DNA of 32,000 nucleotides. Source: Megasphaera elsdenii DSM 20460. Lineage in GTDB: Bacteria > Bacillota > Negativicutes > Veillonellales > Megasphaeraceae. A model generated the notes under the pieces. It did no database searches and was not told the origin of the DNA. It saw nothing but the letters and a program-made list of their open reading frames with translations. Where the stretch lies: positions 2,310,001-2,342,000 of the forward strand of contig NZ_CP027570.1 of assembly GCF_003010495.1 (NCBI RefSeq). Reading direction: 5' to 3'. Numbering within the stretch: position 1 is the first letter of the stretch; every line of letters begins with the position of its first letter. Made by a program: the position numbers and the translations under genes. Of the stretch, positions 8,926 to 15,858 are shown in pieces.

Positions 8926-9447
8926 TACAGCCGTCTCTCCGTTCCATCCCGAAACACCACCGTCATTCCACCATCCACACCCACCGTCACACAATCCCCA
9001 TCGCCCCCCAGAGCGGCTCATCGAACTCCGCCACAGGCCCCTCCTGCGCCTCAAGTGTCCTGATGAACCCCGCTCCCTAAAGGGACTAGCTTCGCGTCGC
9101 AACCGCTCGCCCTTGGCTGACCGCTGGGCGATGGTCTCCGTCACCTCGTCGAATCGTGTCTTAGCTTTCTCGTACCAGCCCTCTGGCAGTCAGCTCCCTG
9201 GCAATGGAGCGGAAGGTATACCCGTCCAGGAACAAACGGTAAATCAGTTTCACCGTCCTGGCCTGTTCCTTGTTGACGGCCAGATTCCCATCCGGCCCTT
9301 TGTCATAGCCCAGAAAATGCCTGTAGGGAACACACACCTTGCCGTCAGCGAACCGCTTCCGATGACCCCAGGTCACGTTTTCCGAAATGCTCCGGCTTTC
9401 TTCCTGTGCCAGGCTGCTCATGATGATGAGGAGGAGTTCCCCTTTAC
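8926..9447 (-). pseudogene. large serine recombinase remnant A (5'-truncated, internally deleted, frameshifted)
   Basis: 9161-9445 encodes GKGELLLIIMSSLAQEESRSISENVTWGHRKRF...YTFRSIARELTARG (end of the resolvase domain and start of the recombinase domain). This is joined out of frame near 9174-9180 to YEKAKTRFDEVTETIAQRSAKGER... and ...MTVVFRDGTERRL* (stop 8926-8928). There is no catalytic N-terminus and no zinc ribbon. Confidence 0.8.
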
Positions 9448-9490
9448 CGCAAATTTTGATACAAAATAACGATGCACCCCCTATACTCGA

Positions 9491-9622
9491 TTAACGATGA
9501 ACCCCCTTGCACCCCCCTGCCTATCGTTAAGCAAGTATTCCTCGGAAGCCGCACGGGACAAGGCTTCGACAAAAAGAGAAGGGGGTGCATTTGCACCCCC
9601 TCGTCGAGGATTTTGCACCCCC
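9491..9622. repeat. junction repeat R (26-bp repeat copy 2 at 9493-9518, plus a 104-bp unit at 9519-9622 repeated at 16575-16677)
   Basis: By manual alignment, 9519-9622 vs 16575-16677 shows about 7 substitutions and one 1-nt indel, and similarity stops sharply at 9622/16677. TGCACCCCC motifs lie at 9473, 9508, 9592 and 9614, and inverted at 9581. A 40-bp site at 9491-9530 has perfect 8-bp inverted arms TTAACGAT / ATCGTTAA. Confidence 0.8.
9571..9600 (-). terminator. intrinsic terminator of the MarR-headed operon (inside R)
   Basis: On the minus strand: GGGGGTGC-AAAT-GCACCCCC (8-bp GC stem) followed by TTCTCTTTTT. It lies 62 nt downstream of the last operon stop (9662). Confidence 0.7.
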
Positions 9623-9661
9623 AGTTCATATGTCGAATGGTTTTGTAATGGCAATAGATGT

Positions 9662-10555
9662 TTATAGCCAAGTGGCCCAAGTGCTTTGCAGTGGTATCTT
9701 TGTCGTGAATTGCACGGTTGCCGACCATTTCGTTTTTTTCCACTCGCCATTTTCCTTGCGGTAATCACATTTGCATTTCAGGGCGTTCATGGTGACTTCC
9801 GATATACCCTGCAATTTTTTTGCCATGTTGAGCATAACATATTCATAGGTTTCGGCGGTATCATCGGACAGTTTCGTAATGAGCTGCTGACCGGTAAAAC
9901 CGAAAGTAAACTCGCAGGCATCGAAAAAGCCGCAAAAAAGCGGAAATTCTTCGTCAATGCTTCCATGTATGGCCTGTTTGCCGTCCAAAAACATCTCAAG
10001 AACGGCATCGTTCGAAAAGACGGTACGCAAAACTTCATAATCTTTGTTGTCCACAGATACCCAATGCTTATCAAAATTTTGCCGAATGGCCAAGCGGTCT
10101 TCTATCTGGTTTGCAGCCATAATCTCCCCTCCCGAATTTTCCTCTTTCTTGACCCATGGCATGGCAAGCCCGATATCGGTACTGAGTTTGCCGCGACCGA
10201 AAGACATATTTTCAATCGGCAGGGGATACATCATCATGCTTACATCGTCCGGGCCGATGCCGACTTTTTCCTTGGCGTAGCGAGTGACAAGTTCGGCAAG
10301 TTTCCGCTTTTGTTCCAGTGTTCTGGTGTCGCCAAAGGCCACGTTCACGACTATGCGCTTGCCGGTGCGCTGCATATCGGGAAAAGTATCCGTGATAAAA
10401 AATTCATCTTCTTTATGCTCGCTGATGATGATAAAACGGTCATCCATCGGGGTTTCCATAGCCTCGTGAAGAGCAAGATTCAAGGCATCGGCAAGATTAC
10501 GTTTCTCCTCCCCAGTGAATTGGTTCGCTCCTATGTGAACATGAAAAACAGGCAT
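9662..10555 (-). CDS. tautomerase-superfamily domain fused to a SnoaL/NTF2-like domain
   Basis: Start MPVFHVHIGANQF (Pro right after Met, the tautomerase hallmark). The N-terminal ~130 aa resemble the long tautomerase_2 type (..DRFIIISEH..VNVAFGDTRTLEQKRKL..ENMSFGRG). The C-terminal ~150 aa begin IEDRLAIRQNFDKHWVSVDNKDYEVLRTVFSNDAVLEM, a SnoaL_4/NTF2 pattern. ATG at 10555 is preferred to the track start 10579. Confidence 0.75.
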   Translation of the reverse strand: MPVFHVHIGANQFTGEEKRNLADALNLALHEAMETPMDDRFIIISEHKEDEFFITDTFPDMQRTGKRIVVNVAFGDTRTLEQKRKLAELVTRYAKEKVGIGPDDVSMMMYPLPIENMSFGRGKLSTDIGLAMPWVKKEENSGGEIMAANQIEDRLAIRQNFDKHWVSVDNKDYEVLRTVFSNDAVLEMFLDGKQAIHGSIDEEFPLFCGFFDACEFTFGFTGQQLITKLSDDTAETYEYVMLNMAKKLQGISEVTMNALKCKCDYRKENGEWKKTKWSATVQFTTKIPLQSTWATWL

Positions 10556-10571
10556 TTTATCTCCCCTCGCT

Positions 10572-11567
10572 TCATTCACTCATGGCATTTCTCGCCCAGT
10601 CCGGATTCCCGATGACGGCTCTTGCTACGCCGATCATATCAGCTTTTCCCGCTTGGAGCAGGGATTCGGCATCTTCTTTTGTTTTGACACCGCCGGTAAG
10701 GATGATGGGCAGGGTCGTTTGCTGTTTGATTGCCTCGGAGGAGTCGCCAAAGTAGCCGACGCCTTTTTTGTTGCTCGGACTCGAGCCGCAGTGTCCACCG
10801 GAAATGCTGAGGTAGGAAAGTCCCGCGCTCTCCAATATTTTTGCAGCCTGAACGCCGTCCTCAATCGTACTGCCGCCGTCCATGTAGTCTGAGGCGCCGA
10901 AGCGCATTCCCAAAATAAGATCGCGCCCCAACACCTTGCGTACAGCCGCAATTACCTGCAAATGAAGTTTCAGCCGTCCATCAAGTGTTTTGATTGTGTA
11001 AGCGTCCGTGCGTTGATTCATTAGCGGCGAATAAAATTGATTGAGCAAATAACCGTGTGCGGCGTGAATCTCCACGCCATCGAAGCCGGCAACTTTTGCC
11101 CGACGTGCTGCCGCCGCAAAATTCTCTATCAAGCCGTCGATTTCTTCTTGCGACATGGCGTGTGTCGGAGCCATCGCGCCGCCCACCATAGCTTTCTTGG
11201 GACTTACAAGTCCGCTGGGGCTGATTCCTTCCGTTACCTGAGCCAACGGCGACACTGCCCCGGCATGGGAAATTTGCAGAACAGTTTTGCATCCGTTCCC
11301 GTGAATGAGGCTTGCCAGTTTCGTGAGCCCCGCTATATCCTCGTCTTTTGCAGAGGAAAGCTGATTCTCGGAAGCTCTCCCGTTCGGCTGAACAAAACTG
11401 TGTTCGATGACAACAAGCCCGAAGCAGCCGCCCTTTGTCCGCTCATCGTAATATTTGAGCTGTTCCTCCGTCACCGTGCCGTGGTCGGATTTCTCCAAAT
11501 CCACCGGTGCCATGACCAGGCGATTTTTCAGGGCAATGCCGCCCACCTCTATGGATTCTCTCAACAT
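10572..11567 (-). CDS. Old Yellow Enzyme-type NADH:flavin oxidoreductase (TIM barrel only)
   Basis: LKNRLVMAPV, GCFGLVVIEHSFV, GFDGVEIHAAHGYLLNQFYSPLMNQRTD, ILTGGVKT..DAE.LL..GKADMIGVARA. ATG at 11567 lies downstream of the cupin stop (11596). Confidence 0.9.
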   Translation of the reverse strand: MLRESIEVGGIALKNRLVMAPVDLEKSDHGTVTEEQLKYYDERTKGGCFGLVVIEHSFVQPNGRASENQLSSAKDEDIAGLTKLASLIHGNGCKTVLQISHAGAVSPLAQVTEGISPSGLVSPKKAMVGGAMAPTHAMSQEEIDGLIENFAAAARRAKVAGFDGVEIHAAHGYLLNQFYSPLMNQRTDAYTIKTLDGRLKLHLQVIAAVRKVLGRDLILGMRFGASDYMDGGSTIEDGVQAAKILESAGLSYLSISGGHCGSSPSNKKGVGYFGDSSEAIKQQTTLPIILTGGVKTKEDAESLLQAGKADMIGVARAVIGNPDWARNAMSE

Positions 11568-11595
11568 ATTTATGTTCCCCGCCTTTCTACGGCTA

Positions 11596-11955
11596 TTATT
11601 CTGCCACAACTCCATCGGTAGCCGTATATTCTTCCAAGGAACCGGCTTTCACTTGGATGCAAACATAGGAGAGAGGTTCATCTGCCGCTGCAAAAAACTG
11701 CCGCTTTCCCGCCGGGGAAATGCGAAGCCAGTCGCCTTTCTCCAGTTGTATCTCCTCCCCATCGACAACGGCCTTGCCCCGGCCGGACAAAATCGCATAG
11801 ATTTCCTCGTTTTGCTTGTGGTAGTGGGCAAAGGGTACTTTCTTCCCTGCGGCCAGCTCATTGATGCTGATTTCCGCCCCGGTAAGTCCTAATGTATCAT
11901 GCAATTCAATGCGTTTTTCGTTGTCTTTGACCTTCGTCGTGCTGTAATTTTTCAT
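11596..11955 (-). CDS. cupin-domain protein
   Basis: 119 aa; FAHYHKQNEEIYAILSGRGKAVVDGEEIQLEKGDWLRISP is a cupin two-motif core. GAGGAGG SD upstream. Confidence 0.8.
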   Translation of the reverse strand: MKNYSTTKVKDNEKRIELHDTLGLTGAEISINELAAGKKVPFAHYHKQNEEIYAILSGRGKAVVDGEEIQLEKGDWLRISPAGKRQFFAAADEPLSYVCIQVKAGSLEEYTATDGVVAE

Positions 11956-11974
11956 GGGATTGTCCTCCTCAATT

Positions 11975-12685
11975 TTATTTCCAAATAACCGATTCCGTCA
12001 GCGGACGGCGGGTCTTGTCACGATGGGGCGTTTCGTTCCGATAGCCAAGGGCAAGAGTAACGGCTGCGCTGTAATGCTCGGTGTCGTAGAGCTTTTCCTC
12101 TGCGCCCAAGATACGGTCAAGTTCTTTCGGCTGAAAGCCCTCGATGGCGCAGGAATCCACCCCGAAGAAAGCCGCCGCCGTCATCATGTTGGCCATGACG
12201 ATATACGCTTGTTTGGCAGACCAGTCAAAGGCGGCGCGTTCTGATTCCATGGTGTTGAAGTCCTTGGTGGAAAAATTCGTGTAGGCTTCTCTGAAAAACT
12301 CATATACCTTGTCGGGAATCTGATGAATTTCCTTCAACACATGGTCAAGGTAAGCCGAGCCGAAGGTCACGTCATTTTTCTTGTTGGCAATGAATACGAT
12401 GAAGTGGCTGGCATTGTCCAAGGGATTTTGCGCGCCCCACGCAAAGGGCTTAATCTTCTGGCGAAGTTCGGCATCTTGAAGCACAATCATCTTCCACGGC
12501 TCAAAGCCCATCGAGGTCGGCGCCAGCCGCGCAGCCTCCAAGATGGCATCGAAGGTTTCCTTGGAAATTTTGGCGTTCGGATCGAATTTCTTGGTCGCAT
12601 AGCGGTACTTCAGGACATTCAGCACCTCCTCGGCAGAGAAATTCGGCTTTTGGGCGTTCATGGTCAAAATGGTGTTCGGGTTCAT
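11975..12685 (-). CDS. NAD(P)H nitroreductase (NfsB/FRase-like)
   Basis: 236 aa; RYATKKFDP..ISKETFDAILEAARLAPTSMGFEPWK and the C-terminal ..GYRNE..HRDKTRRP are nitroreductase-fold signatures. Confidence 0.85.
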   Translation of the reverse strand: MNPNTILTMNAQKPNFSAEEVLNVLKYRYATKKFDPNAKISKETFDAILEAARLAPTSMGFEPWKMIVLQDAELRQKIKPFAWGAQNPLDNASHFIVFIANKKNDVTFGSAYLDHVLKEIHQIPDKVYEFFREAYTNFSTKDFNTMESERAAFDWSAKQAYIVMANMMTAAAFFGVDSCAIEGFQPKELDRILGAEEKLYDTEHYSAAVTLALGYRNETPHRDKTRRPLTESVIWK

Positions 12686-12724
12686 AGCGTCATTCCATTC
12701 CTTTCTGTGTAATAATTTTCTCTG

Positions 12725-13684
12725 TCAATTACGAATGGGACGAAATTCGATGGGAATCCAACGATATCCTGTTGCTTCTTTTTTGATATATCCCAAGCCC
12801 GGAAAGGGGAAGTGCGCTCCGGCAACTAAAATCCTGCGTTCGGCTATTTGCGGCAATATCGACAGGCGCATTTGGGCGGCTGTTTCGGCATCCGTATCAA
12901 ATATATCGCCCACTTCCGGGTGGGGAAGTTGCACCGATTTGATATGCACGAAATCTCCGAAGGCCAGAAAGTTTTGTCCCCGTGATGAAAACTCAAATCC
13001 GGTGTGTCCGGGAGTATGCCCGAAGAGCGGAACGAATTTTACGTTCGGAAACACCTCACTGCCCGAAGCATAGGACACTATGCGTCCTGAGCGGCGATAG
13101 GGAAGGAGCACATCTCTTGCCATTTTGACAAAGGGTAACATGGCCTCCGGGAAGTTTTCCATGGGGGTGTCGAGCCAAAAAATTTTTTCCTGTTCTGCCA
13201 GATAAATTGTTGCGTTTGGGAAAACCATTTCCCCGCTCTCCATAATCCCGTTGATATGGTCAAAATGAAGATGCGTCGGCAAGACTACATCGACATCGGA
13301 AGCCGCATAGCCCGCCGCGACCAGATTCTCCGTCAAGTGCCCTTTCGTGTCAAGAAATACCGGCGATTCCGTTTCGCCTATGCCCGCATCAATCAAAATC
13401 AGATGGTTTCCGGTATTCACCAAGAATACGCTCAGCGTCCCTTCCGACATTCCATCTGCCATGAGCGGGACAAAATCACGGCGAAGCATTTCGGAAAGTT
13501 CCTCGTGAGTAAATGAAGTAAAGCCGCTGAACATAGACGCATCGTATCGGACGGATGAATCAAACAGCGCCGTCACCTCATAATCGCCCACCATGGTGCG
13601 GAAGAACCCGGGAGCCTGTGTTTTTCGCATGGGTACGGGATTTTCTTTCATGCTGTTCACGCTTTCTGCCGTCTCAATCGACAT
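12725..13684 (-). CDS. MBL-fold metallo-hydrolase
   Basis: 319 aa with LPTHLHFDHING (HxHxDH) and downstream GHTPGH. The start is uncertain: ATG 13684 overlaps the upstream stop by 11 nt, and the alternative is ATG 13651. Confidence 0.85.
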   Translation of the reverse strand: MSIETAESVNSMKENPVPMRKTQAPGFFRTMVGDYEVTALFDSSVRYDASMFSGFTSFTHEELSEMLRRDFVPLMADGMSEGTLSVFLVNTGNHLILIDAGIGETESPVFLDTKGHLTENLVAAGYAASDVDVVLPTHLHFDHINGIMESGEMVFPNATIYLAEQEKIFWLDTPMENFPEAMLPFVKMARDVLLPYRRSGRIVSYASGSEVFPNVKFVPLFGHTPGHTGFEFSSRGQNFLAFGDFVHIKSVQLPHPEVGDIFDTDAETAAQMRLSILPQIAERRILVAGAHFPFPGLGYIKKEATGYRWIPIEFRPIRN

Positions 13685-14273
13685 AACTTACGGGATTGCC
13701 GGTGATTTTCCGCTCGGTGCGCTGCGGGAGTCCGTCTGCCGTGTCGGGCAAGCCCACCACCATCGAGGCGCAGACGGTTTCATCTTCCGCAAGGCCAAGT
13801 TTCATCAGATAGTCGCGGACAGCGGCATTTTCGTCCAGCCAATGGAGCTGGTTGATATAGCAGCTGCCGAGGTCAAGCTCGTTGGACATAAGCATCATGT
13901 TTTCTATGGCACAAGCGCAGTCCGCCATGGCGTTGCCGTAGCCGATTTTGTTGGCCGTCACGATAAGAACGGGGGCATTGTAATGAAAGGCGAAATTTCC
14001 TTTTTGCGCCGCCTTGATGACCGCCTGCATGGACTTATACATACCAGGCTTCACTTCCATAGCGGAAAAGGTCCGGCACACAAGTTCCGCCAGTTCCTTC
14101 AGCACCTTGGGACTGCGGATGACCAGAAAATGCGTGGTCTGACTGTTGCCGCCGCAGGGGGCGGCGCGCCCGGCATCCAGTATTTTTTCGAGCTTGTCGT
14201 CTGGGACGGCTTCCGCCTTGAATTTGCGGGTGCAACGTCTCGTTTTGATGACTTCGTAAGTGTTCATGTTCAT
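13674..14273 (-). CDS. nitroreductase-family protein (second, distinct paralogue)
   Basis: 199 aa; IKTRRCTRKFKAE.VPDDKLEKILDAGRAAPCGGNSQ. GGAGG SD upstream. Confidence 0.85.
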   Translation of the reverse strand: MNMNTYEVIKTRRCTRKFKAEAVPDDKLEKILDAGRAAPCGGNSQTTHFLVIRSPKVLKELAELVCRTFSAMEVKPGMYKSMQAVIKAAQKGNFAFHYNAPVLIVTANKIGYGNAMADCACAIENMMLMSNELDLGSCYINQLHWLDENAAVRDYLMKLGLAEDETVCASMVVGLPDTADGLPQRTERKITGNPVSYVD

Positions 14274-14302
14274 TCCTCCGCTGGCTTGTTTTCTCTATGG
14301 CG

Positions 14303-14728
14303 TTACATTTCCACGGATTTCGGCGTACCAAGCCCATGAGCGAGCTTGCAGGTGCATTCGTCCATATACATCAGGACAAGCGTGGGGCTATCGACGGTCT
14401 TATGGATTTTATGGACAATCTCATCGAGCCTGTCCCAAATGCGGCGACGCTCCTCTTTGTCCTCAGCGGCGACAAATTTCATCACGCCCGTGATGCGTAC
14501 CGTGAACTTGCCGGAGGGCTCCATGTAGGTGTAGGCCGTCTGGGGATGGTTGACGAGCTGCCGATAGACTTCCTTGTTGCTGGCCGTGGCGAAGTAAAAT
14601 TTCCCGTCCTCCTCGAACTGGAACTCGATGCACCGCGCTTCCGGCATTCCGTCCTCCCGCACGGTTGACATGATACCGTAGGCATCCACCGGCAAATACT
14701 TCATGAATTCTTCTTTGTTCATAGCCAA
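14303..14728 (-). CDS. pyridoxamine 5'-phosphate oxidase-like FMN-binding protein
   Basis: 141 aa; ..GIMSTVREDGMPEARCIEFQFEEDGKFYFATASNKEVYRQL is the split-barrel PNPOx-like pattern. AAGGAGG lies 8 nt upstream. Confidence 0.8.
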   Translation of the reverse strand: MAMNKEEFMKYLPVDAYGIMSTVREDGMPEARCIEFQFEEDGKFYFATASNKEVYRQLVNHPQTAYTYMEPSGKFTVRITGVMKFVAAEDKEERRRIWDRLDEIVHKIHKTVDSPTLVLMYMDECTCKLAHGLGTPKSVEM

Positions 14729-14769
14729 ATCCTCCTTGTAGTATGTATATACAGATGAAACATATAAAA

Positions 14770-15234
14770 TTACGCATGATCCAATTTGTCCGCCGCTTGG
14801 CTCATGGCCGCAGAAAGCTGGCGATATTCTGCTTCACCGATGGCGGCGACTGCCCTGTCTCTCAGCTGATGCAAACTCTCGTCGATGCCTTCTGTTTTCT
14901 CTTTGCCAAGTTCCGTCAGGCTGACATGAACGGTTTTCCATTCCTGCTCCTTTTGCAGTATGCCTTGCCCTACGAGAGCATTGACAAAGCGGGTGCAGGT
15001 GGACGGCGCAATATCCAGCTTCTCGCTGAGTTCGGAAATCGTGATGCCCGGATATTGGTTCACCACAATCAGCACATAAACATAGGGAGCGGCAATACCG
15101 GTCGTGGCATACACTTCATTTACAATACGCCGAAGCACATTCGCCAGCCGATTGGCAGTAAAGAACAGGCATTTTCTCAAGATAGTCTCGTCTGCTTTCA
15201 CCTTGCCGTCCTCCTCTCTCATTTGCATATACAT
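14770..15234 (-). CDS. MarR-family transcriptional regulator (start uncertain: 15228 leaderless or GTG 15201)
   Basis: Winged-helix core ..YVLIVVNQYPGITISELSEKLDIAPSTCTRFVNALVGQGILQKE. First gene of an 8-gene same-strand operon. Confidence 0.85.
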   Translation of the reverse strand: MYMQMREEDGKVKADETILRKCLFFTANRLANVLRRIVNEVYATTGIAAPYVYVLIVVNQYPGITISELSEKLDIAPSTCTRFVNALVGQGILQKEQEWKTVHVSLTELGKEKTEGIDESLHQLRDRAVAAIGEAEYRQLSAAMSQAADKLDHA

Positions 15235-15263
15235 ATAATAGCACTACCCCATACTGCTGTCAA
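15235..15263 (-). promoter_or_regulatory. sigma70-type promoter of the MarR operon
   Basis: Minus strand: TTGACA (15263-15258), 17-nt spacer, TATTAT (15240-15235). The -10 directly abuts the first ATG of the track ORF. Confidence 0.55.
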
Positions 15264-15273
15264 TACCCTTCAG

Positions 15274-15305
15274 AAAAAATTTGGCAGGACAAAAAAAGCC
15301 CCGCC
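15274..15305 (-). terminator. possible terminator downstream of recombinase remnant B
   Basis: Minus strand: GGCGGGGC-TTTTTTT-GTCCTGCC (8 pairs including two G.U) followed by AAATTTTTT. Confidence 0.35.
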
Positions 15306-15337
15306 AAGCATCATTCAAGATATTGGATTCATATTTG

Positions 15338-15745
15338 TCATTTATGTATCGTCATCCCATCGCGGAACACCACGGGCATACCGCCATCTGCGTCCACCGT
15401 TACATAATCCACCATGCTGCCCCACAGCTACTCGTCGAAATCCCAGAGCGGTGCGGTCTGCCCCTCAAACGTCTTGATGAAACCAGCCAGACGCTCTGCC
15501 TTGACCGACCGCGCGGCGATGGCCTCCGTCACCTCGTCAAACCACTGCTTGGCGGTATCGTACCGCACCACCAGTCCGTTGTAGCGTTTCTGGTACTCCG
15601 CTTGGTTCTGTGCGATGCGGGCGTTCTCGGCGACGCACTCCTCCAACATCTTCACCACCACGGCAAGCTCCTCGGCGAGAGCCGACTTCTCCCACCCTAG
15701 TTTCCCGATGGTGCAGAGCATCGCTTGGATGGTTTTCGGCGTTGC
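15338..15745 (-). pseudogene. large serine recombinase remnant B (5'-truncated, in-frame TAG)
   Basis: ..LCTIGKLGWEKSALAEELAVVVKMLEECVAENARIAQNQAEYQKRYNGLVVRYDTAKQWFDEVTEAIAARSVKAERLAGFIKTFEGQTAPLWDFDE-TAG-LWGSMVDYVTVDADGGMPVVFRDGMTIHK* (stop 15338-15340). Collinear with remnant C. Confidence 0.7.
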
Positions 15746-15858
15746 CTATAGCCAGCCGTCGGCATCGACATATATTCTATCCGCGGTGGTTTTCGACACG
15801 AATCATCAGATTCCTGCATAGCACGAAAATTTTTTCGCACCGCACCATCCATCGCGCA

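Noticed and set aside
8479-9144. 221-aa minus-strand ORF
   Set aside because: It is a chimera. It starts in the frameshifted part of recombinase remnant A and reads through into the antisense strand of the lysR 3' end.
9473-9622. Repeated TGCACCCCC motifs as a possible CRISPR array
   Set aside because: The units are only 9 nt, occur in both orientations and are irregularly spaced (35, 73, 11 and 22 nt between successive starts). No cas genes are present, and part of the signal is a terminator stem.
9686-10615. 309-aa plus-strand ORF
   Set aside because: It is a mirror frame of the tautomerase-NTF2 gene. It has no recognisable motifs and crosses a gene boundary on the other strand.
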